Shown: piece by piece, positions 1-16,859 of the stretch
Layout: every line of letters starts with the position of its first letter
Numbering within the stretch: position 1 is the stretch's first letter
From: the human T2T-CHM13v2.0 reference genome, Homo sapiens
Strand: one strand, 5' to 3'
Length of the DNA: 64,000 bases
Assembly: GCF_009914755.1 (NCBI RefSeq)
Contig: NC_060932.1
Made by a program: the position numbers and the translations under genes
Notes under the pieces: model-generated
The model's database searches: none
The model's input: the letters and a program-made list of their open reading frames with translations, nothing else
What the model was told of the DNA's origin: nothing

Positions 1-1469
1 TCTGTAACTACAGTAGGAATTAGGACAGAAGTCTAGCTCAGTGTTCCACTGATGTAATATTTGAAGCCAAATATATTTAGTTCCCGAGTCTGTGTTCCTG
101 TCAAAGAAAGATGCTGTTTCTCTTCATTGTGCGTGGAGAAGCTTTAGTGGACCTATAACCTAGTGGGTTTTCTTTTTTCTACCTTCCTTTGCAGAGATTC
201 TAGGGAAATGTATGAAGTTGCAAAGTGATTACATTACAGGAGGGCAGCCAGCAAACCTGCCAAGTTGAGTGTGAGTATTTGTTCAATACTTACATCAGGG
301 TGAAGTTCAAAGACATGCAACTCTTGCAAAAAGCCAAGACATAGGTCTTTTAGACTGAGCCCCTTGCAGTTTCTTGAACTAGTTTCTCAAGTCTATTATC
401 TCCACCTGCCACCTCCCTGTGTTCTTGTGAAAGGAAACCCCTCAACCCATATTTTATAAGCTCAAATGAAGCCTTTCCCCCACATACTCTCTCTTACCAG
501 CAGATTCTGTATCTTTTTGTTATACTTGGCTGGACAGTCGTGATTGATACCTGCATACTGCCCTTCTAATCCCAACTGTGTAGCTCCATAGCAATCTCAC
601 TTCTGAAAGAGCTGTCTTTACATTTTACACTTGCGAGAGGCCAACTTTTCTGTCTATAGAATAAATGTTGGCACTTCACCATGCTTTCTAAGTCGTTGCC
701 TATTTTTCTTTTCTTTTTTTATTTTTTTTAAGTTTCCACTATCCTCACTGGGAGAAAACTGAACCAATAACCTAGTTCAAAGGCATGTTTTAAAAGAAGC
801 AATCAAATGAACATTTATGAGATAGCTGTTGTTACTTTTTGTGTTTTAGATGCTTATTTTCCAATTGCTTTCTGAGGAGCATCCCCAGCGGAGATTGACC
901 CCTATATCATTGCACATATGACCTAGTTCAAGGGGGGTTCCCGTGGTCCACCTTTCCACAAGTAATAGAGGTAAATGAGTTATGAGGCTAAGCTATGACT
1001 TCAGTTAGCCAATGAAAGTCTTGCTGCCAAGTACATGCGACAGTGAAGGTCAGATTATTACAGTAGTGGTCTCAGCAGCACCTTCCTAAGGGTAATGAGA
1101 GTTATGTTGGCTGAGGCTATGGAGATGTTGGATAAGGTCGATCTCAACACAATCCCCTATACCTTCTTACCATGAACCATACATAGATGTTACTGTCTTT
1201 ATTTTAATTACTCAACTCAATTTTTATGTACATGTCAGTTGCCCTAATAAATCATATTCTCCCTAAAGCTAAAAGCTATGTTTTCTTTGTCCTCTTTCTT
1301 ACCTCCAGAGGTTGGCACAGCACTGGATGGGGTTGAGAGGTAATGTGAAGAACAAGGGAAAGAGCCACCAGTGCAAAGGCATGGAGGTGAAAGACAGTAT
1401 AATCTGGTCCAGGATTCAAGTAGAATAGAAAGGAGGCCTTCTCAGACCCACTCTGAAATTCATTTTCTC

Positions 1470-1999
1470 TGTGGGATAGATTAATTGCAAAAATGACCCA
1501 AATTCTTTACCCTTCCTATAGCCTCGCCCTTTGCCATATAACTTTGCATTGCCTCACACTCTAACTCTGGGCGTAACCATCTGACTTCTTTTGGCCCATG
1601 GGGTATGAGCGTGCGTGACACAAGCACAGGTTCGAAAGTGTTTGTACAGTTGCTCTTGATTACTGTTGTAGTTCTGCCACTGCTGTGAGAATATATCTGG
1701 ACTACCCTGAAGAAGGATGAATGACAAGTTGTCCTTGATTGTCCTGGTTGAGGCCATATTAGGTCAGCAGACAGCCTGTAAATCCAGAAGTCTAGACAAG
1801 AGCAGCAGAACTACCAGACAACTCATGGCTGAATACGCACTATGGGAAAGCCCAGGTAGCATCAACAAATACTCCTCTCCTCAGAGGACTGGAGTCCTCT
1901 GAGCAGACACAGGAGCAAAATAAACATTGATTGCAGTATGCCACTGAGGGGTGTGGTTGTTCATAGCACAGGATTTTGTGGCAGTAAATAACTAACACA
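1470..1999 (+). mobile_element. Old ERVL-MaLR solo LTR (MLT1H-like)
   Basis: Begins tgtggga..aattgcaaaaatgacccaaattc and ends ttgtggcagtaaataactaacaca, with an internal aataaa; matches the MLT1 terminal pattern. Confidence 0.6.
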
Positions 2000-3313
2000 T
2001 CCTATAAAGAGCATATATAGAAATAAACAGAAGAATGGCAAAATGCTATTGAAAAGCAAATGCCGGGCAGGCAGCTAGTTTCATTCAGCAGCATAATGAC
2101 TCCCTTAAGCTCACCAGCCTGAAGTATGCATGATTAAAATTAGTGCGTCAATAAATTTACCTATTACTACATGTCATTAGCTACTCAACGACACTTGTCA
2201 GCTGTAGAAACTGAAACATTAAAGGTACACATGGCTGGAGTTTAGTGTTTGTGGGGCAGAGAAATGGTACGAGATGGGGCTGGTGACACAAGAAGGAGCC
2301 AGACAGAGATGAGTTTGGATGCTTTCCTGGAGTTATCAGGAAGCTCCAGGGATTAATGAAGTCAGTCAAATAAACAAGATAGTCAAGTGGGGGTGGGTCC
2401 TTCTTCTACCTTCGTGAAAAACTGGCTCTGTTCTTTGGTGAAAATGTCATCTGCTACTGCAAATTTTACTGGACTTGTGGGCTTTTATTTGAAGAATATT
2501 TGCCAGGTTATATAGCATATAATCACAGACATAGGGCATCTTTAAATGGTGTAATTTTTCAAGGCAGAAAAGCCTTCTGTTAGAAGGAAGATGGGAAGAA
2601 GACCAAATTAAATAACAATTATGAATAATACCCTACTCAGCCCTTAACAAAAGGCTCTGGATTTTATAATATGTTCCTGCCAAAGGCCATGTGTAATATT
2701 TCCTTGTTAGTAGCTCCCAACCACTATGAAATCCACAAAACCTCTCCCAGCTGTTGAAGACTTATTCTCTGTCCTTTCTCATTCTGGGACACAGCCATAA
2801 GGTTTAGAAAATATGACTAAGTTTCCCAACTTGAATGACACTAATAATAATTTTCGAAGGCTTTGGAGAAAGATGTAAGAAAACCACAGTGCATGTCTAC
2901 TTAAAAACTGTTCTATTTAATAGTATGTAGTGTTCCAAAGGTGGGGGGGTGAGACCTAGCTATTTAATAAACTGTCTTCCAATGACCTGACTAATGCTGG
3001 GAGTTAATTAATAATCAGCAGAAATAAAATTACAGTAAAAAATTGAGATTTGAAGCATTAAGAAGAAATTGAGCCAGTAGGTAAATTTCCTTCTTTTTTT
3101 TTTTTTTTATTATACTTTAAGTTTTAGGGTACATGTGCACATTGTGCAGGTTAGTTACATATGTATACATGTGCCATGCTGGTGCGCTGCACCCACTAAC
3201 TCATCATCTAGCATTAGGTATATCTCCCAATACTATCCCACCCCCCTCCCCCCACCCCACCACAGTCCCCAGAGTGTGATATTCCCCTTCCTGTGTCCAT
3301 GTGATCTCATTGT

Positions 3314-7163
<3,850 letters not shown>

Positions 7164-7199
7164 TTAGTTGATGCAGTTTCTTCCTAGTCTCGATGGTCT

Positions 7200-8216
7200 T
7201 TACATTTTGGCATGATTTTGCAGCGGCTGGTACCGGTTGTTCCTTTCCATGTTTAGCGCTTCCTTCAGGAGCTCTTTTAGGGCAGGCCTGGTGGTGACAA
7301 AATCTCTCAGCATTTGCTTGTCTGTAAAGGATTTTATTTCTCCTTCCCTTATGAAGCTTAGTTAGGCTGGATATGAAGTTCTGGGTTGAAAATTCTTTTC
7401 TTTAAGAATGTTGAATATTGGCCCCCACTCTCTTCTGGCTTGTAGGGTTTCTGCCGAGAGATCCGCTGTTAGTCTGATGGGCTTCCCTTTGAGGGTAACC
7501 CGACCTTTCTCTCTGGCTGCCCTTAACATTTTTTCCTTCATTTCAACTTTGGTGAATCTGAGAATTATGTGTCTTGGAGTTGCTCTTCTCGAGGAGGATC
7601 TTTGTGGCGTTCTCTGTATTTCCTGAATCTGAATGTTGGCCTGCCTTGCTAGATTGGGGAAGTTCTCCTGGATAATATCCTGCAGAGTGTTTTCCAACTT
7701 GGTTCCATTCTCCCCATCACTTTCAGGTACACCAATCAGACGTAGATTTGGTCTTTTCACATAGTCCCATATTTCTTGGAGGCTTTGCTCATTTCTTTTT
7801 ATTCTTTTTTCTCTAAACTTCCCTTCTCACTTCATTTCATTCATTTCATCTTCCATCGCTGATACCCTTTCTTCCAGTTGATTGCATCGGCTCCTGAGTC
7901 TTCTGCATTCTTCATGTAGTTCTCGAGCCTTGGTTTTCAGCTCCATTAGCTCCTTTAAGCACTTCTCTGTATTGGTTATTCTAGTTATACATTCTTCTAA
8001 ATTTTTTTCAAAGTTGTCAACTTCTTTGCCTTTGGTTTGAATGTCCTCCCGTAGCTCAGAGTAATTTGATCGTCTGAAGCCTTCTTCTCTCAGCTCGTCA
8101 AAATCATTCTCCATCCAGCTTTGTTCCGTTGCTGGTGAGGAACTGCGTTCCTTTGGAGGAGGAGAGGCGCTCTGCGTTTTAGAGTTTCCAGTTTTTCTGT
8201 TCTGTTTTTTCCCCAT
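7200..8216 (-). pseudogene. L1 ORF1p, two premature stops
   Basis: Starts MGKKQNRKTG; 1017-bp span (338 codons plus stop). TGA at 7827-7829 (CGA in consensus) and TAA at 7362-7364 (AAA in consensus). Confidence 0.95.
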
Positions 8217-9121
8217 CTTTGTGGTTTTATCTACTTTTGGTCTTTGATGATGGTGATGTACAGATGGGTTTTCAGTGTGGATGTCCTTTCTGTTTGTTAG
8301 TTTTCCTTCTAACAGACAGGACCCTCAGCTGCAGGTCTGTTGGAATACCCTGCAGTGTGAGGTGTCAGTGTGCCCCTGCTGGGGGGTGCCTCCCAGTTAG
8401 GCTGCTCGGGGGTCAGGGGTCAGGGACCCACTTGAGGAGGCAGTCTGCCCGTTCTCAGATCTCCAGCTGCGTGCTGGGAGAACCACTGCTCTCTTCAAAG
8501 CTGTCAGACAGGGACATTTAAGTCTGCAGAGGTTACTGCTGTCTTTTTGTTTGTCTGTGCCCTGCCCCCCAGAGGTGGAGCCTACAGAGGCAGGCAGGCC
8601 TCCTTGAGCTGTGGTGGGCTCCACCCAGTTCGAGCTTCCTGGCTGCTTTGTTTACCTAAGCAAGCCTGGGCAATGGCGGGTGCCCCTCCCCCAGCCTCGC
8701 TGCCGCCTTGCAGTTTGATCTCAGACTGCTGTGGTAGCAATCAGCGAGATTCCGTGGGCGTAGGACCCTCCAAGCCAGGCGTGGGATATAGTCTCATGGT
8801 GCGCTGTTTTTTAAGCCGGTCTGAAAAGCGCAATATTCGGGTGGGAGTGACCCGATTTTCCAGGTGCCTCCGTCATCCCTTCCTTTGACTCAGAAAGGGA
8901 ACTCCCTGACCCCTTGCGCTTCCCGAGTGAGGCAATGCCTCGCCCTGCTTCGGCTCGCGCACATTGCGCACACCCACTGACCTGCGCCCACTGTCTGGCA
9001 CTCCCTAGTGAGATGAACCCGGTACCTCAGATGGAAATGCAGAAATCACCCGTCTTCTGCGTCGCTCACGCTGGGAGCTGTAGACCGGAGCTGTTCCTAT
9101 TCGGCCATCTTGGCTCCTCCT
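8217..9121. promoter_or_regulatory. L1 5'UTR: internal sense promoter (minus) and antisense promoter (plus); YY1 site at 9102-9112
   Basis: CpG-rich relative to the flanks; intact CAAGATGGCCG YY1 motif at the 5' end. Confidence 0.8.
8673..8888 (+). CDS. L1 ORF0 (primate antisense ORF in the 5'UTR), intact 71 aa
   Basis: MAGAPPPASLPPCSLISDCC...RFSRCLRHPFL*, with ATG in a strong Kozak context (gcaATGg). Matches known ORF0; expression at this locus is unknown. Confidence 0.8.
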   Translation: MAGAPPPASLPPCSLISDCCGSNQRDSVGVGPSKPGVGYSLMVRCFLSRSEKRNIRVGVTRFSRCLRHPFL

Positions 9122-9384
9122 CTTTACTTCTATTTTTTAAAAGCCTTTTATAGGACTTTAAACACACGTGGGAAAGTTATGAATTCTCCTGTTAATATAC
9201 ATGAGGTAGTACCTAATTCTGCTGGAGTCAAATTTCTCTTGAATAGAGAATAAAAATATAAGGCTTGTGCTGTTGAAAATAACACACCAAATGAGGAGAA
9301 AGTACCTTGAAAGAAACTAAGAAAACCTGTGATGCATCCAGTCTTCATTTATTTGAAGTATCTAACCAGTTGTTGGGGATATCT

Positions 9385-9620
9385 ATTGATAGCAAACTTG
9401 TATAGTGCCCATGACCGAGCCAGGCAATACGCTAAACACATGTACTAACTTATTTAATTATTACAACAATGTTTTAAAGTGGATGCTCTTTTTATCCCCA
9501 GTTTTAGATAAATATGTTAAGGCTCAGAAAGGTTAATTATGTTGCCCAAGATCACACAGTTAGGAGGTAGTCATCAAGCCCATGTCCAGGTGATGCTAGA
9601 GCTCACGATTTAATCACCAC
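9385..9620. mobile_element. MIR SINE fragment
   Basis: Core resembling tatccccattttacagatgaggaaactgaggctcagagaggttaa..tgcccaaggtcacacag. Confidence 0.6.
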
Positions 9621-10324
9621 ACTTGATTATTACCACCTTTTGACACTACCTTTGTTCAGGGAGCTAAGTACTGGTGGCCCTTTAATTCCAAAACATGGGG
9701 TCGGGATGTTTTTTTTTGACTCTTGAGAACATTCTGATTATGATGAAGCAGCTACTGACAATAAATGCAGGGCAGTCAAGAGGCCTTTTAATTTGTATCT
9801 AAGTATTGGTGTTTCTTTAAACTTTGCTATAAGTACTTAGCAATTCTTGGCTAGTTAAATTAAATTGTTTCCTAAATTGGCAAAGCATTATCTTTAATAG
9901 AAAAGGCATAATTACCTAGAAGTCTTACTATATTGCTACTCATGCTGAAGAAAGCTTAGCCAGTTAGCTCTTGAAGCAATGGAGCAAGAAACTTGTGGAT
10001 ACTTCCCACAGTCTTGCAAACCTAAATCAATAATGTAGTCATACATGCCACAGAGAGTGCCAAGAACCTTGAATTTACAGGGCCTGCACATTTAGAGCAG
10101 CCATAGCAGAGGTCTTTTGCGATTAGTGCACCTTTTCCTTTCATCAGTAGGAGTGACCGCTGACATGTGTGTCCTTGTATTATCATATCATCCAAAGGTA
10201 AGAGTGAGTGATCTCCCTTGCCTTTGCTGACACTCTCGAATACCTTGGAAAATTTATGCTTCTTTAATGATGCCAGCCCTTGCATTCTTGTTGGGAAAAT
10301 AATGTCCAGAAGAATGTGTCCAGA

Positions 10325-10848
10325 GGTGTTTTAATATAGATTTTATGAATATTTAGGAATGTCAAGGTCAACAGATCAGGAGAGGATTGCCATTGGGAAG
10401 ACAGTTTGTTACAGATCCCAAGAGGAGCTGGCATGCTGTAGCAGGTGAAACCATACAGGGGAAATACTAGGGTCAGTCAAGAGGCAGAGGGAGAGGAGGA
10501 ACTATGGACAAAAGCCTCTAGTAAGATTTCTGTAGGAAGAAACAGACAAGGCAGGGTAAGCAGGTGTAGGATTGGCTTGTTTGAATAATTTCAGTGGGCT
10601 CCGGGTTGTAGGCACTATCCCTAGTTCACAGGTACCTGGCCCTTAGGTAATCAAGGCAGGTGGATAATGGCAAGGAGTGTGATGGGGTGTGGGCTCTGAA
10701 TTGGTTTGCTTGCCTTTGAAAGGCATGCTCCTGGGCTCTAGAAATTGGCTAGCTCTGGCAGGGGCAGGCCCTCTAGGGTTACCAAGGTAACCAAGGCCCC
10801 AGATGTTAAAGCATTAGCATACAGAAAACAAAAGACAAAGTTAATACA
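10325..10848 (-). mobile_element. ERVL solo LTR (MER74-like)
   Basis: Reverse complement begins tgtattaac..ttttctgtatgctaatgctttaacatctggggcctt; clearly homologous to the element at 38110-38580. Confidence 0.55.
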
Positions 10849-10886
10849 AAAACTTTGAAGAGTTCATTTTCCTAATGAGAAATATG

Positions 10887-10908
10887 GTGTGTGTGTGTGT
10901 GTGTGTGT
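10887..10908. repeat. (GT)n microsatellite
   Basis: About 11 GT units, read directly. Confidence 0.9.
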
Positions 10909-13188
10909 TACACACATGTACACACTTGGGGGTGTCTGTATGCCTATGCTGTATTAATTTGTTTTACAGCATCACCTGAAGTCTTAGAATTGTTAATGAT
11001 TTAATATGCATTTCCAGGAAATGAGGATTCCACATGCACTGTGTTATAAATAGCATATGTGTCCCTATCCATCCTTTATTGGCTTGGCCTGGGTCCAAGA
11101 AATCTAGTTAAGGAACACAAGAAGTTTTTTTTTTTTATGAACTCTTCCTCCATTTCTAGGAAGTCATTGATTCTGGCTGGAGTTAGAGGTTCTATCATGG
11201 AGATAATGATTTTAACCTCTTATTCTGACTGGCTCAGCTAAACTGACAGCTGTGGTCATTATTGAAGGTGGGGAATAGGAACAGAGGGAGGGGCCATTCG
11301 TTAAATAACAGCAGGCATCCTCCTCTATAGTATGACTGAAAGTTGTTCTTAAGAGTTGAGATTTAAATTAACCAATTACTTCCATAAGAATATTTATTTA
11401 TTAACTTGTACTTTCTAACATTAAACTAGGCACTTTGAGGTTATCCAAAGAGAAACTAAACAGAAAGCTTATAGCTCTAAAAATAAGTCTTAGTAACAGC
11501 TTCCTGAAGGCAAAAACCATTTATTCATTTGAAAATACATTTGATAATTCAATCCCTTATTAAATCTTAAATATTTCCTGAACTTTGAGAAAGATATTAT
11601 TTTGAATTGCTGTTGGGAACTCCAGAAAACCACAGAGATGGTAGAGACTATATATGTATTTGGGAAACAAGAAAATCAAGATGTGGGGCTCCAGAGTCAT
11701 ATATACCTAATTTCAAATTTATCTATAGACCTCACTAGTCCTAGGACTTTGGGAAAATTGCTTAGATATCTAAGATTTGTTTCCTTCATCTATTCAAGAA
11801 AGTAGTATTTAAAACAAATCATAGTGGAGGAAAGAATTGATACAATTAGAATTATCAGAATAACTGAAAAAATTATGTGAATTACTCAACACTGTGCCCA
11901 ACTCATATCAAATACTCACAAATTTCTTTTATCATTATTAACTTTGTGATGAATGCAATGCGTTACAGTAGAAACCTATTAAGAGTTGACACCAGGAAAG
12001 TAGGTCTGAGTCTCAATGCTGATTCTGCCCCTGCTAAGTGTGTAATCCTGAGTATGTTACTCAACATTTCTGAATCAGAAATAATCAAGCCTACATTTCA
12101 AAGGTTTCCTGAAGCTGGAAGATAATGAATGTGAGATGCCCATAACTTATTATTTGTTGATTTCCAAAATAAGCAATAGCTGTAACTATCAGTGTTATCT
12201 AGTGATTAACTAACAATCTTAGACTCAAGATTATCAGCAATGCATTTCTGAGGGAGAAGAACATAGGGCAGGGAGATGAGAGAATCCTTTTGCTTTTTAC
12301 TATGTTCTGTTTTTCTTAGCATGCTGGAGCAGAGGTCACTGGTCGCCGTCTGTACAGAATGCCTGTGGTTCCACCCACCCAACCCAAAATGCTTTTCATC
12401 CAGTCTCCAGAACCTGCACTGATGTCTGTCTTTGTGGCTGTTTCTGACCACAATTGGAGAAAGTCCAGTCAGCTGGGGGAGGCTTGTGTGTAACTGTGTG
12501 TCCCTGGGTACCTGCCAGTGGACTGATTTTGCTGGAGGAATGTGTAATATGTGCTGAGATTCCTGGGGCCTCAGAGTGGGAAGACAGTCACTCAGGGCCA
12601 AGGGGACCTGGAGCCTGGGGAAGAAGGGCAGACAGCAGGCTGTGCAGCCAGGTCTTTACATGGAGGGTGTCACAGATATCAGCCCAACCTCAAAGGGTTT
12701 GCTCTATTCCCAGTGGGAGGGACTGAGAAGCGTCCATGAATAGAGCCAGTAACAAATAAGACAGTAGAAAATTAAAGGATGAGAAATGAATCTAAACTCA
12801 GATGACCTGGTTTTGAAGATAGTTCTACCACTCCTAGCTGTGTGCTTCTGTACAAGCATCTTTCTCTCTCTGGATCTGTAAACTGGGGATCATAGAATAA
12901 TGAGCATCACACATTCATTTTGAAGATCAAATCAAGCACTTGCTGTAAGTTTACTTGATCATGATTGACACTTTTGCACCAAAGAGCACAATCCACGGAT
13001 GTGTTTTTCTTGACAGTGAGTATTCCAGAGAAAGATATACATGAATATTTCTGGTGGAAATGTAACTTATATGTAAATTATGTTGTATATTTTATATATA
13101 TATACATATACATATATATATCTCAATACATTGATACCTAAGAAATGTAAGATACTTATGCAATTCTATTCAGAAATCCAATACCTGC

Positions 13189-13554
13189 TGTTATTAGTCT
13201 GTTCTCATGCTGCTAATAAACATATACCTGAGATTGGGTAATTTATAAAGGAAAGGCGGTTTAATGGACTCACAGTTCCACATGGCTGGGGAGGCCTCAC
13301 AATCATGGCAGAAGGCAAAGGAAGAGCAAAGGGATGACTTAAATGTCAGCAGGCAAGAAAGTGTGTGCAGGGGAACTCCGCTTTATAAAACCACCAGATC
13401 TTGTAAGATTTATTCACTATCACGAGAACGGCACTGGAAAGACCCGCCCCCATGATTCCATTACCTCCTACCGGGTTACTCCCATGACATATGGGAATTA
13501 TAGGAGCTACAATTTTAAATGAGATTTGGGTGGGGACACAGCCAAACCATATCA
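13189..13554 (-). mobile_element. THE1 (THE1C-like) MaLR solo LTR
   Basis: TG..CA ends (tgttattagtc...gccaaaccatatca); perfect 5-bp TSD cctgc at 13184-13188 and 13555-13559. Confidence 0.88.
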
Positions 13555-13871
13555 CCTGCAAATCTGGCCCATAGAAATAACAAAACACTGTCATCTATAA
13601 GTATATATGGGTAAGTATTGAGATGACTGGCTGGTAGGAAAAACATGATTTATATTATATTATAAGTTTTTATGTATAAGTATCTTCATTATGACATTAT
13701 TACCATCAACAAAATAGCCATCAACAGAGAATGGTTGAATAAATTGTGGTATAATTAGATAGATAGCAGTGAACTAGTTTCCTAACTGTTTTGATGCTAC
13801 TTCCCTTTCCAGCTGCTACCCTCTTTCTTCATTCTCTTTTGAAGAAATCCTTTAAAAAAAAACCTGGTATG

Positions 13872-14185
<314 letters not shown>

Positions 14186-14719
14186 CTATGATTTCAACTC
14201 TTCTTTTCCCCATTCTCTTAAGCTCCTATCATCCAGCAAGGCTGCTCTTGTACAGGTTATTAATGCTGCACCCAGCAGTTAGTTCTGAGAACTCACTTAG
14301 AATCCTCTGCAACATTTAACGCAGTTGATCACTCCTCCCTCTGGAAACATTTTCTTCACTGAGCTTCCAGGAAATTTAAGACTTTTGATTTTCTTGCTAC
14401 ATTATTGGTTGCTCCTTCTCAGCCTCCTCTTCCGGTATTTCCTTTTTGGCCCCACCTTAATGTTGAATATCCCAGGGCAGAGGCCTTGGTGTTCCCTGCC
14501 CTATCTAGAGTCACTCTCTCTTGGTGACCTCATCTAGGCTTATGGCTTAAATAACAACTATAACTACTAATTTATATTCAGCATACGGCAGGGGCTTAAG
14601 TGGTAGTAGAAGGAAGGAAGGGAGGGAGGGAGGGATAAAGAAAGAAAAATTGAAGGAAGGAAAGAAAGAAGTTAATATTGTTAACTTGAAAAAGTGGACA
14701 CTAGAGGTATTAAAAACCT

Positions 14720-14900
14720 AACTATAAGAGCATGAATTCTTGAGCCCAGGTAACCTGAGTTCAAACATAGATTCTTTCACGTCCAAACTATGTAATTTTG
14801 GGCAAGTTATTTAATTTGTTGATGCTTCAGTTTTCTCATCTGTAAAATGGGGACAACAACAACAGCGATCTTATTTGCTTGGAGGTAGTTCCTAGACCTA
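14720..14900. mobile_element. MIR fragment
   Basis: ttgggcaagttatttaat...cttcagttttctcatctgtaaaatgggga core. Confidence 0.65.
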
Positions 14901-14949
14901 AACATGCTAGGGCGTGTGAAATACTTCAAACGGTACCTGTATAATAGAA

Positions 14950-15900
14950 TGCCTTGTACAAGAATATCCTAATGACTTAAAAGTGGTGAAAAGCTAGTTA
15001 AACAAGATTCCAATGCACAAAATCATCAAATGAAATAATTATATACATTTTTGGGTCTTTATTTGAGACAATACCTTAGGCAGTGTTAACAAATGAGTGA
15101 TGTGTTGGGAAAATATATTTTTAATATTTAAAATTAAAGAGAAATTAATTTCTGAGATATGCCTCAATTCCAAATTAGCAAAATAAAGCAGAAAACTATA
15201 GTAGAAAAAATAGGCAGAGTGACCAGGCAATTTGCAGAAATGGCAGCACAGGTGTCTGAAGAGTATACAAAGATATGCTTGAGCTCATCGGAAATCACAG
15301 GAATAAACATTAAAACAACGAGATACTACTTTACACCGATTGGAATGGCAAAAAATAGAAATATTGAGACTATCATTTGTTGTCAGGACTTTAAGAGATA
15401 GGAAATTGTATGCACTGTTGATGGAAAGTAAAGTGTAACAACCATTCTGGGAGGCATGTAAGCAATTTTCCCATGTGTATAAACCAGAACAATTCTTGCA
15501 AATGTTTGTAAGGGATCATATACAAGCCTGTTTTTCAGTGTTATTTTTGGTGTCAAGGAACTGAAGTCAATCAAAGCTAATCTTTAAGGAAATAAGTAAG
15601 TGATGGTTGTTCACTAACACACTGTGGGCATCAGTAGGGAACACAAACTAGATGTTCATAGTTACATGGGTAGATCACAACAAAAGTATTGAGTTAGAAA
15701 AAAGATAGGTTACAACATAATATAATTTATGTGAATTAAAACACACATATAAAAACTAAGTTGTTATCTTATAAGAACATACTATTCATAATATTTAAGG
15801 GCATATATTGAGCGCTTTATATTGGTTATCTTTGAACTAGAGAATGGGACTGGACACCAAAGATTTGGGGGAAAAGGTGAATTAAACTCCACTGTTACCT
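14950..15900 (+). mobile_element. Old L1 (L1ME-like) 3' fragment
   Basis: Degenerate ORF2 C-terminus (attaaaacaacgagatactactttacacc..ggaatggcaaaaa) followed by A-rich 3'UTR motifs. Confidence 0.6.
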
Positions 15901-16280
15901 GCAGGGATAGATTATGTCAGTGTTCTTAAGATGACTAGCTCAGCTCTTTACACTTAAAGTTTAACTTAAACAACAAAAAGGACATTTTTCTATGTAGACA
16001 TTGACATGACATAAAACCCAAAAACATTTCCAAATACATTTAAAACTGAGTTTATTCTATACATTACAGTGTTCTAAGAACAATAAAAGGAATCATCTTT
16101 GACATGATTTTTAAAACTTATTTGTATTCATAGTCTTGCATCATCTTTCTTTGAAGTTTCTATCAATATCCAAAAGAAATTTTAACTTTTTATTGCCCCC
16201 AAACTGTACTTTTCTTTGTAGTTGCAAAGTTTACAAATGTTTCTGTCCGTTTGCCAATGGGCCAAGGCTGAAAAATTATA

Positions 16281-16859
16281 CAGTTGACCTTGAGCAAAAC
16301 AGAGCTTAGGGGTGCCGAACCCCCAAGCGGGTGAAAATCCACATACAACTTTAACTAGAAAACTTAACTACAAATAGCCTACTATTGACCTGAAGCCTTG
16401 CCAATAACATAAACTGTTGATTAACACTGATTTTGCATGTTGTATGTACTGTATACTGTATTCCTATAATAAAGTAAGCTAGAAAAAAGAAAATGTTATA
16501 TAGAAAATCATAAAAAGTCTTACATTAATAACATAGTTGGCTAACACATAGCTGATTAACACATATTTTGTATATTATATATATATAATATGTACTGCAC
16601 TCTTACAATCAAGCATGCAAGAGAAAAGAAAATGTTTTTAAAAAATCATAAGGAAGAGAAAAAACATATTTCCTGTTCATGAAGTGGAAGTGGATCATCA
16701 TGAAGGTTTTCACCCTCATTGTCTTCACAGTGAGTAGGCTGCAAAGGACGGAGAAGAGGAGGTGTTGGTCGTGCTGTTTCGGGGGTGGCAGAGACAGAAG
16801 AAAATCCACATCTAAATGTACCAGCACAGTTCAAATCCACATTGTTCAAGGGTCAACTG
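16281..16859. mobile_element. Tigger2a-like TcMar non-autonomous DNA transposon
   Basis: TIRs cagttgacc(c)ttga / tcaagggtcaactg flanked by TA on both sides; internal ~95-bp segment present twice (about 16420-16515 and 16556-16652). Confidence 0.85.

Noticed and set aside
10022-10285. 87-aa ORF with CxxCxxC
   Set aside because: No family recognised, no splice or poly(A)/TSD context; likely chance.
12206-12739. Overlapping 62-131-aa ORFs in a slightly GC-richer patch
   Set aside because: No recognisable protein similarity or convincing exon boundaries; consistent with chance ORFs.
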